NCBI GenBank assembly: GCA_021734805.1
Contig: JAIPIG010000001.1
Span: 15,560 to 79,559, forward strand
DNA length: 64,000 nucleotides
Reading direction: 5' to 3'
Origin: Simkaniaceae bacterium
Lineage (GTDB): Bacteria; Chlamydiota; Chlamydiia; Chlamydiales; JACRBE01
Each line of letters opens with the position of its first letter. Position 1 is the first letter of the stretch. The notes under the pieces were generated by a model. That model saw nothing but the letters and a program-made list of their open reading frames with translations, searched no databases and was not told where the DNA came from. The translations under genes and the position numbers were made by a program. Shown here in pieces: positions 36,660-46,971 of this stretch.

Positions 36660-37766
36660 TTATAGCAATTTGATGATTTCTTGAGCCGATTCAATGGAAG
36701 CGTCTCTATTTGTGAGGGCTTCTTTGAGTTTTAGGAATTTTTCTCGCTCAGATTCCGGTGTGCAGTGATCAATAAGATGCTTGAGCGCCCTCAGAAGAGA
36801 AAGAGGAGTCAGCATACTTCCAATCAGTTCCGGATAGATTTCAGCCTCTAAGATGATATTGACAATGCAGTAATAAGGGAGGTTAATATTAAAAATTTTA
36901 GTCGCCACAAATTGGTCGAATTTGCTGAGGGCATAGGTGACAACAGTCGGCACCCCGTGCAGTGCAAGCTCAAGAGTGACGGTTCCCGATGTGGCAACGG
37001 CATAAGAGCACTTTTGCATCAGAGAATAGGTTTCTTCAGAAGGAACAAGAGGGAAGTTATGAATATTGAATTTTCGAATTAAAGGTTCGATTGAGCGATC
37101 GGCGACGGAAATGACGACGTGTAGTGATGGAGATAGTTTTTTTAGGGCATGACAAGCTTTGATTTGAAGGGGGAGATTTCTCTCGATTTCTTTTTTTCTA
37201 CTACCGGGGAAAATCGCAACTAAATCGGGGTCTTTCTTTGAATACATGGCCTTTGTCGAAATCATTTTTGAAAGAGGGTGGCCAACAAAATGGGCTTTTA
37301 AGGGCGACGATTCAAAATACTTTGTTTCAAAAGGTAAAATCGTCAACAGAAGATCTAGATGGGCATTCATTGTATGAATGCGATTTTTTTTCCATGCCCA
37401 AATTGTCGGACAAACATACTGGACAATTTGTCCTGTAAATCCGGCATATCTTAAATGTTTGGCGAGTCTGAGGTGGAATCCCGGATAATCAATCAAAACG
37501 AGAACTTTGGGATTCAAATGCAAAATTGTTTTTTTGACGCTCTTAAATAGTCGAACTAGTTTGGGAAGAGCAAAGAGCACATCGGAAAATCCCATGACAT
37601 TGAAATCTTCTGCGCGATAGTGCGTCTCAAGTCCTAGTTTGCGCATTCTAGGGCCCGCAATGCCATGGATATTTAATGCATAAGGGTAGAGATATTTTAA
37701 AATTTCAGCGCCATGCAGGTCACCACTTGGTTCTGCGGCTGATATAAAAAGATCACAACGGTGCAT
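36660..37766 (-). CDS. lpxB: Lipid-A-disaccharide synthase
   Basis: DLFISAAEPSGDLHGAEIL N-terminal signature. ATG 37766 is preferred over TTG 37796. Confidence 0.88.
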   Translation of the reverse strand: MHRCDLFISAAEPSGDLHGAEILKYLYPYALNIHGIAGPRMRKLGLETHYRAEDFNVMGFSDVLFALPKLVRLFKSVKKTILHLNPKVLVLIDYPGFHLRLAKHLRYAGFTGQIVQYVCPTIWAWKKNRIHTMNAHLDLLLTILPFETKYFESSPLKAHFVGHPLSKMISTKAMYSKKDPDLVAIFPGSRKKEIERNLPLQIKACHALKKLSPSLHVVISVADRSIEPLIRKFNIHNFPLVPSEETYSLMQKCSYAVATSGTVTLELALHGVPTVVTYALSKFDQFVATKIFNINLPYYCIVNIILEAEIYPELIGSMLTPLSLLRALKHLIDHCTPESEREKFLKLKEALTNRDASIESAQEIIKLL

Positions 37767-37792
37767 TTTTGGCAAAATCGGCGGTGGTTGTT

Positions 37793-38584
37793 TCAATGTG
37801 ATACCTCAATCAGTTGACTTTTAAGCCATTGAGCTCCCTGTGTAAATGTCTCTTTTGTTGTTCCATGTCCTTTATAACCGATAGAAGGGCCAATGATCAG
37901 TTCAATGGGGGAAGAGCGCAATCCCTTCTCATAAGCTCGATCGGCTAAGTGTAAGATAAAATCCATACAGGTCTTAGTTGATGTTTTGGTGTCGCAATTG
38001 CCCATATAAAAGCGAAAGGTTTTTGAATAGAGCGTATCCAAATAGTTAAAAAGACTCAAGCGATCGATCAGCTTTTGTTCTTCATTTGAGAAATCTGCAA
38101 TCGTATCAAAACGAAGTAGTGGGGAAAATCCTAAAATGGCTTTCGTTTGGATATGTAGAGCGAGGTGACAGGCGAGCAATACGCCCCTTGATAGACCCAT
38201 CAAACCTATTTTGTCGGGATCGATCACTTGACGATTGACTAACTCATCGATGAGTTGGCGCATTTGATCGCAAAAGGGAGAGATAAAATCAGTTCCGCGC
38301 TTTAAGGCTTCGGCCCAGCGGCGGATAGGTTCTTCATCCGGAGAGATATAACTCTCATGAAAGGGGAGATCAACGCTGAAGATGCGCAAGGATTGATCTG
38401 CGCAGGCGCGCGCCGGTTGATGTATGGGATCCAATGATAGAGAATCTTGTGCGGAAATGCAGAAATAAAACACGGCCGGGAGGGGGCCTTCATCGATATG
38501 GGGGCCGAGATAATGGGTGTTGAGCGTATTTTCAAGGGTGAGTTTTTTTAGCATAACTGATGATCTTATATATCGAAACTCCAA
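37793..38584 (-). CDS. Alpha/beta hydrolase fold protein
   Basis: Nucleophile elbow GLMGLSRGV (GxSxG). About 260 aa. The start is uncertain; ATG 38554 is possible. Confidence 0.55.
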   Translation of the reverse strand: MEFRYIRSSVMLKKLTLENTLNTHYLGPHIDEGPLPAVFYFCISAQDSLSLDPIHQPARACADQSLRIFSVDLPFHESYISPDEEPIRRWAEALKRGTDFISPFCDQMRQLIDELVNRQVIDPDKIGLMGLSRGVLLACHLALHIQTKAILGFSPLLRFDTIADFSNEEQKLIDRLSLFNYLDTLYSKTFRFYMGNCDTKTSTKTCMDFILHLADRAYEKGLRSSPIELIIGPSIGYKGHGTTKETFTQGAQWLKSQLIEVSH

Positions 38585-38605
38585 TAGATTAATTTAAGCC
38601 AAAGC

Positions 38606-39847
38606 TTATTTTCTTCGTTTTTTACGGAAACGCTTTCGGGGGGTAAAAAAAGAAGGCGGTTGTCTCATTTCTTCATAGGCCGTTTTCCAAGCAGACCACA
38701 TCGGTTGCAGATCGCGGTTGATGCGTGCTCTTAAGTTCAAGAATTTTAATCCGAGAGTAAATGAAGGAGATCCGGGAATACGATAGTGGATTTTAGCATC
38801 CGATTTAAGGGGGACAAGGCGATACTGTAGTGAAATTAGATAGAGAACTTCTCCTTTTATTTTTCTTGAGAGCTGAAAAAAGGGATGAAAACAGGTGTCG
38901 ATTAACGATTTTGCGACCGTTTGGATTTGTCCTGAATGGGGTGGTTTTGGTTTTTCCATCAGTTGCGTTTTAATGTGAGAATCGACAAGAGGGAAAATTA
39001 AGCAAGCAATTAAAATAGAGCGATCGATCTTAATTTGAGGGTGCGATTTGATCATCGAATCAATTTCATCTAAATAACGATAAATCAGATGATTTGGATC
39101 GTGCTCAAAGAAAGAAGAGAGCTCCGGAAGTAACTGTTGCAAGAGGCCCCAGTCTGACATTAAACGGATAAATTTTGAGGCTGCTCCGGAATGGAGCATG
39201 CGCATAATTTCTTCTAAAATACGTGCTTGAGAGCTTTTTAAAATTTCTTGTCGGCATTCTAAAAAGTCGATTTTCATCTTTTCATCAATTTGCAGATCGA
39301 ATCGAGCCAAAAATTTAAGCAGGCGAATCATGCGGACGGGATCTTGTTTAAACCGAATATAGGGCTCGCCGATCACTTCGAGCTTTTTCATTTGAAAATC
39401 TTCAAAACCACCAACATAATCAATAATAGTTTCTGAAGTGGGGTCAAAAAAAAGACCGTTGATTTTAAAATCGCGTCGCAGGACATCTTCTTCCGGGGTA
39501 CCCCAAGTATTATCCTGGATAATGAGATTTTCACCCTCAGTGTTCCCACTTCTAAACGTGGCCACCTCAATAATTTTAGCTTTAAAGCGAATATGAGCGA
39601 GTCGAAAACGACGTCCGATTAAAAGGCATCGGCCTTTAAATAAGGCTTTGATTTCTTCCGGTCTTGCTGAGGTTGAAATATCGAAGTCTTTTGGCGTATG
39701 TCCTAGAAGAAGGTCTCGAATGCTTCCTCCAACAAGGTAAGAGGTGTATCCCGCTTTTTGAAGGGTTATGATAACGTATAGTGCATCGGGATCAATTTGG
39801 TTGAGAGAAATACCGTGTTGTTTTTTAGTGTATATTTTTGGAAGCAC
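38606..39847 (-). CDS. pcnB: Poly(A) polymerase I / tRNA nucleotidyltransferase family
   Basis: YLVGGSIRDLLLGHTPKDFDI (GG.(V/I)RD...DFD) and RRDF.INGLFFD. Basic C-terminal tail. Confidence 0.85.
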   Translation of the reverse strand: MLPKIYTKKQHGISLNQIDPDALYVIITLQKAGYTSYLVGGSIRDLLLGHTPKDFDISTSARPEEIKALFKGRCLLIGRRFRLAHIRFKAKIIEVATFRSGNTEGENLIIQDNTWGTPEEDVLRRDFKINGLFFDPTSETIIDYVGGFEDFQMKKLEVIGEPYIRFKQDPVRMIRLLKFLARFDLQIDEKMKIDFLECRQEILKSSQARILEEIMRMLHSGAASKFIRLMSDWGLLQQLLPELSSFFEHDPNHLIYRYLDEIDSMIKSHPQIKIDRSILIACLIFPLVDSHIKTQLMEKPKPPHSGQIQTVAKSLIDTCFHPFFQLSRKIKGEVLYLISLQYRLVPLKSDAKIHYRIPGSPSFTLGLKFLNLRARINRDLQPMWSAWKTAYEEMRQPPSFFTPRKRFRKKRRK

Positions 39848-40073
39848 GCCGTGTCATAAGTTGGGTTTTTTTGAGTAGTTTAATCGATTTAGGACTTTTA
39901 ACCTATGAAAATTCTAGGCTAAAAAAAATCGATGCGGCATGATTTTGTGTCTACGTGGTATTGGAATGATACGTAAACAACCCGGGTCTTGAGTTTATTT
40001 AATTCATTATCAGGTTCTTAGAGTTGATTTTGCAGCTTTTTGAGTACAATAGCGCTGAAAGAGGGATAAACAA

Positions 40074-41258
40074 GTGGAATTTTCAAAAAAAAAAGTATTT
40101 AATGGGGCATTGCTTGTCGGTGGAACAGCCATCGGAGCCGGGATGCTTGCCCTGCCGATCGCGACGGCTCAAGCCGGGTTTTTACCTGCCGTGTGCATCT
40201 ATGTTTTATGCTGGTTGTTTAGTTTAATTACGGGACTGCTCTTGCTTGAGGTCGCTTTGACGATGCCCAAAGATACCAATATTCTTTCTCTTTCCCGGCA
40301 TTATCTCGGGCCTGTCGGAAAAGTCATTGCCTTATTGCTCTATCTGTTTCTCTTCTATAGCTTGACGATTGCTTATGTAACGGGCGGCGGCGGCGTCCTA
40401 AATACTTTTTTCTTTAGCAGTTCCCATGCTTTTTTGGGCATTTTATGCTTTACACTCCTCTTTGGGGGATTTGTTCTAGCCGGTCACAATGCGATACATA
40501 AGATTAACTTAGTGTTGATGATTGCTCTCGCTGTGACATATTGCGCCTTTATTACTTTGGGTATTGATAAAATTAAATTAACGAATTTGAAAGTGATTGA
40601 TTTTAAATATGCAGCGCCTGCGCTTCCTATTTTATTTACAACATTTAGTTATCAGGGGGTCGTTCCAAGCCTTCTTTCGTATTGCGGAAAAAATCGAGAG
40701 ATGGCCAGAAAATCCATTATCATTGGAAGCACGATTCCTTTTGTGATTTATGTGATTTGGGATCTCGTGTTCAAAGGAATTATTCCTTTAGAAGGAGAGC
40801 ATGGTCTTTTACATGCAAAACAAGTAGGTGCTATTGCTATCGAGCCGCTTCAATATTTTTTACCCCATGCCCCTTTGATCTTTATAGGCGGGGCTTTTGC
40901 TTTCTTTGCGATGACCACATCATTTTTAGGCGTAACCATGGGGCTAGTTGACTTTTTTCTAGATGGGTTTAAAGCTAAAAGTACACTATCTAGTCGAGCG
41001 CTTATGGCTCTTCTCGTCTTTGTGCCTCCTGTCATTATCAGTACGACAAATCCCACGATTTTCTTTGCTGCCCTCAATTACGCGGGAGGAATTGGCTGTG
41101 TGTTGCTCTTAGGGATGTTGCCGACTCTCATGGTATGGATAAAGCGCTATTCTAAAAGGCACCGGCAAGAGGTGCATGGAGAAGTACCGGGAGGACGTCT
41201 TTTATTTGCCTTGTTAATTATCTTTATGATCTTTGAAGTGGGGCTTACCCTCGCTTGA
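40074..41258 (+). CDS. tyrP: Aromatic amino acid permease (HAAAP family, TyrP/Mtr-like)
   Basis: GTAIGAGMLALP N-terminal signature. About 11 hydrophobic segments. GTG start with GAGGG upstream. Confidence 0.75.
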   Translation: MEFSKKKVFNGALLVGGTAIGAGMLALPIATAQAGFLPAVCIYVLCWLFSLITGLLLLEVALTMPKDTNILSLSRHYLGPVGKVIALLLYLFLFYSLTIAYVTGGGGVLNTFFFSSSHAFLGILCFTLLFGGFVLAGHNAIHKINLVLMIALAVTYCAFITLGIDKIKLTNLKVIDFKYAAPALPILFTTFSYQGVVPSLLSYCGKNREMARKSIIIGSTIPFVIYVIWDLVFKGIIPLEGEHGLLHAKQVGAIAIEPLQYFLPHAPLIFIGGAFAFFAMTTSFLGVTMGLVDFFLDGFKAKSTLSSRALMALLVFVPPVIISTTNPTIFFAALNYAGGIGCVLLLGMLPTLMVWIKRYSKRHRQEVHGEVPGGRLLFALLIIFMIFEVGLTLA

Positions 41259-41265
41259 CCTCTGT

Positions 41266-41625
41266 TCATAGAGAGGATTTTTTTAAGATTGAAGCGTTGA
41301 TTTCTAAAAAAGCGTCCTTCCAATAGTAGCGATCGAGAAGATGTTGATGAGGGCGCTTTGTAATGAGATGAGCGGCATAGAGGGCTTCAATTGAGGCGAG
41401 ACCGCGCTCGGGGTCGATACATCCCGTTTGCTTGCGGGGATAGCTCGTTTTGAGTCCACTTGGCAAGCTTCTTTTAATGAGATGAGGGTTTTTTTGTAGG
41501 GTTATCTTTTCCATAACGGCTGCGTATTTCCATGTTCCGTCAATGAGAAATAAATCATCCAATTGGTCGGATTCGCTCAGGATGGGAGCATCTAAAGTCA
41601 ATAAAATGACCGGTTTTTCAAACAC
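41266..41625 (-). CDS. DTW domain protein (tRNA aminocarboxypropyltransferase family), probably 5'-truncated
   Basis: LFLIDGTWKYA is the DTW motif. The reading frame stays open 38 codons upstream of the GTG (to 41739) and encodes RHCKENLRKC...IFLTYPKH, but has no ATG, GTG or TTG. Confidence 0.5.
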   Translation of the reverse strand: MFEKPVILLTLDAPILSESDQLDDLFLIDGTWKYAAVMEKITLQKNPHLIKRSLPSGLKTSYPRKQTGCIDPERGLASIEALYAAHLITKRPHQHLLDRYYWKDAFLEINASILKKSSL

Positions 41626-41807
41626 GGGAATGTGTTTGGGATAGGTTAAAAAAATGAGCCCGGGTGTTTGCTCTAGCCCGGATAAAGTGCATTTTCTAAG
41701 ATTTTCTTTGCAATGTCTTAATATAAATGTTGAAATAGTTTATACCTTTTTATGTTTAACTCATCTTCGGAAAGTCGAGTTTATAGACATTTAACCGGAA
41801 ATTGATG

Positions 41808-41982
41808 TATACCGAAATGAGTTGAAGAATTGGAATTTTAGCAAAGAGGGCGTTTCGAATTTTTATCAGGCTTTAGCCGGCATAATTTTTTGAACCTATT
41901 GAAGATAGCTCAAAAAATTATGGATAAAAAGTCGAAGATGCCGGCGAAGATAAAAACCGATTCTTCAATTTATTTCGGTATA
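41808..41982 (-). mobile_element. MITE-like element, copy 3 (inverted relative to copies 1 and 2)
   Basis: Starts TATACCGAAATGAGTTGAAGAATTGG and ends CAATTTATTTCGGTATA, the reverse complement of copies 1 and 2 with scattered substitutions. Confidence 0.85.
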
Positions 41983-42015
41983 TGAATCTGAGTTGTCATT
42001 ATCCCGTAATAATAC

Positions 42016-43071
42016 ATGAACGATAGGCTTTTTTCTATGATAGAATTTTTGATTGATCGCAAATGCTTGGCAAGGCGACGAGAAATCTTTTTTTTAATGG
42101 TGTGCGCGCTTCTTTGTGCCCAAAGAATCGGTGTGGCAATGCCGAATTCTTTGCCCCTGACTTATGAATATGATAAGGGATTTGAGTTGATGAAAGCGTA
42201 TCAAAAACCTGCCCTATTATGCTTTCTCTCAACAGATGAATGCCCATGGAGTAAACGCCTTTTTGATGAGGTTTTCAATCAGCCTGCTTTCTATGAGCTT
42301 GTGGGGAATGAATTTATTTTTGTTATAGCTGATTTTGCCTCGATAAAACAACAGTCCAAAAGGGAAATCGAAACAAATTATGCATTGAAAGAGCAATTTC
42401 AAATCGATTCTTTTCCTACGCTTGTCATGCTCAATTCAGAAGGGGAAGAGATTAAACGATTGAGCTTTCCCTCTAAAGGAAGAGATGAATTTGCTGAGAA
42501 ACTAAAGTGGGTATATGAAGAATATTTATCCTTAGTTGATCTCAAAGATCGCTTGTTAACAAAGCCGGTGATGGAAGATTTAATCAAAGCTTATCAAAGA
42601 GCGTTATCTCTGAATACCCCAATACTCATTCAACATTTTTTAGATGCGGGATTGAAGCAGAAGAAAAATGGTTTTTTCTTAGTTGAAAAGTATACGGCAT
42701 ATATCCAAGAAGGAAAAAGGGATTCGGAAGAAGCAATTAAACTAAGACGAAAAATTTTACGTCTCAAAGGGGATGAGCTCGCTAATGCAAAAATGCGCAT
42801 TGCAATTCTCGATTTTCAAGTGCTACATGAGAGCAAACCTAATCATGCCATTGCAATGATCAATAGGGTTTTAAAAGATCAAAAGATTTCTCAAGAGAGG
42901 CTGTGTCAACTCAATCAGCTTCTTGCTGAACACTTCATCGGAGAAAAAGAGTTCTTAACGGCGCGCCGATTCGCTGAAAAATTACAGCATTCGGATTCTG
43001 CCATGACGCGTCATGATGGAAATGAGTTAATTCGCTACATTGAAGAGCAAAAAAAACCACAGAAACACTAG
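42016..43071 (+). CDS. Thioredoxin-fold (Thioredoxin_7-like, CxxS variant) protein with helical-repeat C-terminal half
   Basis: KPALLCFLSTDECPWSKRLFDEVF resembles the 'kP.l..f....C.wC...e.evf' pattern of DsbD-C/Thioredoxin_7 proteins, with the second Cys replaced by Ser. Hydrophobic N-terminus. Confidence 0.45.
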   Translation: MNDRLFSMIEFLIDRKCLARRREIFFLMVCALLCAQRIGVAMPNSLPLTYEYDKGFELMKAYQKPALLCFLSTDECPWSKRLFDEVFNQPAFYELVGNEFIFVIADFASIKQQSKREIETNYALKEQFQIDSFPTLVMLNSEGEEIKRLSFPSKGRDEFAEKLKWVYEEYLSLVDLKDRLLTKPVMEDLIKAYQRALSLNTPILIQHFLDAGLKQKKNGFFLVEKYTAYIQEGKRDSEEAIKLRRKILRLKGDELANAKMRIAILDFQVLHESKPNHAIAMINRVLKDQKISQERLCQLNQLLAEHFIGEKEFLTARRFAEKLQHSDSAMTRHDGNELIRYIEEQKKPQKH

Positions 43072-43080
43072 ATACTCACA

Positions 43081-45069
43081 CTAGATGTCCGAAATGGGCT
43101 GATAAGGCTCGGGGAAATCCCATGCGGATGTTTTCATGAGCGTTTTAGGGATTTCAAAGAGAAATCGAGAGGGATTTGAGGGTTGCGGTTTTCCATAGCG
43201 CGTTCTTGCTCGAGACATGCTAATGGTGAGAAATTGTTTAGCGCGCGTCATGGCAACATAGAGAAGACGCCGCTCTTCTTCCACTCCGGTTTGGAGAAGA
43301 CTTTTTTCATGCGGGATAAGATGATCTTCTACCCCAAGGATAAAGCAGGCATCAAATTCCAAGCCTTTGGCGCTGTGAAAGGTGAGTAGATTGAGCCGAT
43401 CATCATTATCCCTGTGATTGCGCTTATAGTCTTTGACATCTAGGATAATGTCATGAACGAAATCATGAAGAGAGGCGTTTTCTTGACTCTCTTCATAATC
43501 TTTAAGGAGTCGGATCAGTTGATCGACATTATTTTCTCTAAATTCAGCTGCTTTTTCCGATTTAACTTCGTCTTTTACCGTTTGTTTGTATTGAATGAGA
43601 TCAACAAGATCTTTGAGCGACTGATGGAGTGGTTGAGTTTCAAAGCGAGTCTTCATATCATTCATTAACGAGATAAAAGTTTGAATGGCTTTTAAGGCTC
43701 TTGGATTTAAAAAAGAAAGGGTGATTTTTTCTTGTGCTAAATCAGAAAGCAGAGACCAAAGGGGGATCTTTTCTTTTCGATTGTATTGTGTGAGTTGGTC
43801 AATCGTTTGAGTCGAAATCCCTCTGCGCGGATAATTAATAATGCGAAGAAGCGCCTCTTGATCTTGAGGGTTTTCAATGACTCTCAAATAGGCAAAGAGA
43901 TCTTTGATTTCTGCACGGGTGTAAAATTCGCTTCCTTCTGCGATTTTATAGGGGATGCCCCGCTTAAATTCTCCTGTATCGGTTTTCCATGGAGTGTTCA
44001 TCAATGCGAGCTCAAGGGGGCGTGTTAAAATATTTGAGCGGTATAAAATGGCCATATCTTTCCATTTCATATTGAAATCTTTTCTCAAAATAAGGAGCCT
44101 TGAAATAATTCCTTCGGCTTCTTTCTGTTCATCCGGGGCATGAAAGATATGAATCATTTCCGTTTCAGATCGATGACACCACATTGTCTTATCATGGCGT
44201 AGTTGGTTATTGCGGATTACTTGGTTGGCGGCATCGAGGATCATGCGTGTAGAGCGGTAATTTTGTTCGAGTTTGATTAAAATATCATATTCAAATTCGA
44301 GAATGTGCTTGACTTCTGCCCCTCGCCACCCATAAATCGACTGATCATCATCCCCCACAACACATAAATTCCGGTGGTGTTTAGAGAGGAGGGACGCAAT
44401 CTCGTACTGAGCAGGATTTGTGTCTTGATATTCATCAATCATAATATAACGATAACGATCTTGATATTTTGCTAAAATCTCAGGATGTTGTTTGAAGAGT
44501 TCTGCAGTGAGCTCAATGAGCCCATCAAAATCGACCGCATTATAGGCTCTCAAAGTCATTTTAAAATCTTTGGCAATCGCTTCAAACGTCTTATTTTTAT
44601 CGTCGACTTCCTTGCCCTGCATCACTTTTTTGACATTGCCCATTAAATCTTCTGAAACAGGGAGGGGTTCATCTTCCTTTTCATATTGTTTACAAATTTG
44701 GGTCATGAGCCTTCGGATATCGCGCTCATCGTAAATACTAAATTTATCGGTATAGCCAAGGTGGTGGATTTCTTTTTTTAATAGATGAAAGCAAAAGCTA
44801 TGAAAGGTGCACAGATGGATTTTTTCCGCTTGCTTAGCGGGGATAAATCGCTTCATGCGGCTTTTCATTTCCCCTGCAGCTTTATTTGTAAATGTCAATC
44901 CAAGAATACAAGTGGGATCAATGCCACAATTTTGGATTAGGTGAACCATTCTACAGATCAATACGGAGGTTTTCCCCGATCCCGCTCCGGCAAGAATGAG
45001 AATACGCCCTTCTGTTGAAGTGACCGCGCGATACTGTTCTTGATTGAGTTGAATAAGATGTTTACTCAT
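43081..45069 (-). CDS. uvrD: ATP-dependent DNA helicase, UvrD/Rep/PcrA family
   Basis: Walker A AGAGSGKTSVL, motif II IMIDEYQDTNP, motif VI VAMTRAK. ATG 45069 is preferred over TTG 45084. Confidence 0.9.
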   Translation of the reverse strand: MSKHLIQLNQEQYRAVTSTEGRILILAGAGSGKTSVLICRMVHLIQNCGIDPTCILGLTFTNKAAGEMKSRMKRFIPAKQAEKIHLCTFHSFCFHLLKKEIHHLGYTDKFSIYDERDIRRLMTQICKQYEKEDEPLPVSEDLMGNVKKVMQGKEVDDKNKTFEAIAKDFKMTLRAYNAVDFDGLIELTAELFKQHPEILAKYQDRYRYIMIDEYQDTNPAQYEIASLLSKHHRNLCVVGDDDQSIYGWRGAEVKHILEFEYDILIKLEQNYRSTRMILDAANQVIRNNQLRHDKTMWCHRSETEMIHIFHAPDEQKEAEGIISRLLILRKDFNMKWKDMAILYRSNILTRPLELALMNTPWKTDTGEFKRGIPYKIAEGSEFYTRAEIKDLFAYLRVIENPQDQEALLRIINYPRRGISTQTIDQLTQYNRKEKIPLWSLLSDLAQEKITLSFLNPRALKAIQTFISLMNDMKTRFETQPLHQSLKDLVDLIQYKQTVKDEVKSEKAAEFRENNVDQLIRLLKDYEESQENASLHDFVHDIILDVKDYKRNHRDNDDRLNLLTFHSAKGLEFDACFILGVEDHLIPHEKSLLQTGVEEERRLLYVAMTRAKQFLTISMSRARTRYGKPQPSNPSRFLFEIPKTLMKTSAWDFPEPYQPISDI

Positions 45070-45092
45070 ATGGGACGCACTCAAATTGGCTG

Positions 45093-45491
45093 TTATTTCT
45101 TGCGAATGGTATTAGCTTCTAATTGTGAAAGGGCTGTTGTTATATCTTGGGTAAAATAGGTCCAATCCATCTGTTTTTTGGAAAGGATGGGGCGTATATT
45201 GAGTTCAAGTGTGCTTGGGAGTGAAGCTCTTTTATGTCGAAAAATTTCTCTAATTTTGCGTTTAAAAGCATTTCTTTCAGGGGCAGATCCAAATTTTTTT
45301 GTGACTGTGATCCCCAAACGAGCAGATGATGGGTTTCCATGTTGATAGTGGATACAGCAATATTTAGAAAAAAAACGTTTTCCTTGGAATGAAACTCTTT
45401 TAAATTCCGAGCGTTTTAAAAGGCGATGTGATTTTAGATATGAAAAGTCCAAGGAGCAATTTACGGGTTTTAAGTGAAATAAAAGACCCAT
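45093..45491 (-). CDS. rnpA: Ribonuclease P protein component
   Basis: RLLKRSEFKRV...GITVTKKFGSAPERNAFKRKIREIFR (RNR-type motif). Downstream of rpmH. Confidence 0.8.
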   Translation of the reverse strand: MGLLFHLKPVNCSLDFSYLKSHRLLKRSEFKRVSFQGKRFFSKYCCIHYQHGNPSSARLGITVTKKFGSAPERNAFKRKIREIFRHKRASLPSTLELNIRPILSKKQMDWTYFTQDITTALSQLEANTIRKK

Positions 45492-45614
45492 ATATCGAAA
45501 TAAATGGGCCTGAAATAATATGAATAGCTCGCGGAGCTTCTCCCCATTAGGTTCGGGTTAGTGCCCTTTGAAAAGCACTGCTGCGATTTATCTCGCCTCA
45601 GTTGGGTAAAAAGC

Positions 45615-45749
45615 TTAAGCGGTCAATTTTTTTCTGCCGTGACGGCGTCTTCTATTGATCACATTGCGGCCATTTGCCGTCTTCATTTTAACTCGAAAGC
45701 CGTTAGTCGACTTGCGCTTTTTTTTGCTTGGTTGGTATGTTCTTTTCAT
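45615..45749 (-). CDS. rpmH: 50S ribosomal protein L34 (below the ORF-track size cut-off)
   Basis: Hand translation gives [48 protein letters not shown] lies upstream. Confidence 0.92.
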   Translation of the reverse strand: MKRTYQPSKKKRKSTNGFRVKMKTANGRNVINRRRRHGRKKLTA

Positions 45750-45973
45750 TGTCAAACCTCATTGTAGATGACGCAAATGATAACAACTGATTTGATAATC
45801 ATCAAGCGCTTTATCTCGACTTTGTAACTTATTTTGGGCCTGAAGGCCTCGAAGTATTTGTTCTCTAGGGAGAGATTAATCACTCTCGAGATAAATAAAA
45901 TATAGATTGTCAAAATTTTTAAAGAAACATAAGATCAAAAACTCAAAAATTTTAATGAAAAAAAAGTAAAATT

Positions 45974-46798
45974 ATGAATTATTTTATAAAGTTTTTTTTA
46001 ATTGCGCTCTTCTTTAATCCGATCTTCATGTTTTTAAATGCAGATGAAAAGTTTAGTATTATTATTCCGTCATTTAATAATGAGAAATACTGCCGATGGA
46101 ATTTGACGAGTGCTTTAAACCAAAACCACGCCAACTATAAAATTATTTATATTAATGATGCGTCAAGTGATAGAACTCAAGAGATTGTGGAAGAGTTGAA
46201 AAAGACTCATCCTAAAGGACATCTCATTACTTTAGTTAATAATACAAAAAATTGTGGCGCTTTAGAAAATATTTATCATGCCGTCTACGACCATACGGAT
46301 GATAACGATGTTATTTTATTGCTTGATGGGGATGATGCGCTCTCTTCTCCCTATGTTCTGAAAAAGCTCGAAGAGGTCTATTCAAGAAGACCTATTTGGC
46401 TCACTTTTGGGCAATTTCGAGAACGCAATTCAGGGAGTATGGGATTTGTCAGGAAAATCCCCTATTCTAGGTTGAAACAGCAAAAGCTTAGATCATTTCC
46501 TCATGGAGCAAGTCATCTTAAAACATTTAAATCATGGCTGTTTAAGCAAATTAAAAAAGAAGATTTGCTTTATCAAGGAAATTTTTATGCTATGTCGTGG
46601 GATTTAGCGATTATGTTTCCGATGCTTGAAATGGCTGCCGAACACCATTATCAATTTGTTGATCAAGTTTTATATATCTACAATGATGCCAATCCGATCA
46701 GCGATCATCAAAAATCGAAGGAATTACAAAGAAAACTTGATTTAGAGATTAGATCTAAAAAACCGTATTCGCCCATTAACGGTATACACCGCCCGTAA
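45974..46798 (+). CDS. Glycosyltransferase family 2 protein
   Basis: FSIIIPSFNNEKY, YINDASSD and LLDGDD (DxD), the classical GT-A/GT2 N-terminal half. N-terminal TM or signal segment. Confidence 0.75.
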   Translation: MNYFIKFFLIALFFNPIFMFLNADEKFSIIIPSFNNEKYCRWNLTSALNQNHANYKIIYINDASSDRTQEIVEELKKTHPKGHLITLVNNTKNCGALENIYHAVYDHTDDNDVILLLDGDDALSSPYVLKKLEEVYSRRPIWLTFGQFRERNSGSMGFVRKIPYSRLKQQKLRSFPHGASHLKTFKSWLFKQIKKEDLLYQGNFYAMSWDLAIMFPMLEMAAEHHYQFVDQVLYIYNDANPISDHQKSKELQRKLDLEIRSKKPYSPINGIHRP

Positions 46799-46971
46799 TT
46801 CAAGGGAGTTTTTTTAAACTTGGATTGTTTTTTATTCCCTTCTCTACTATGATACATATCCACATCATTATCTATGATTTGCTTTGATTGAAGCATTCTT
46901 TCCATAGCAGAGAAAGAGATTAAAGAAATAAATATTAAATAATGGTGTATAGTACTCAAAACGAGGTAATT

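Noticed and set aside
45561-45767. 68-aa ORF on the + strand
   Set aside because: It is antisense to the unmistakable rpmH (L34) coding sequence at 45615-45749.
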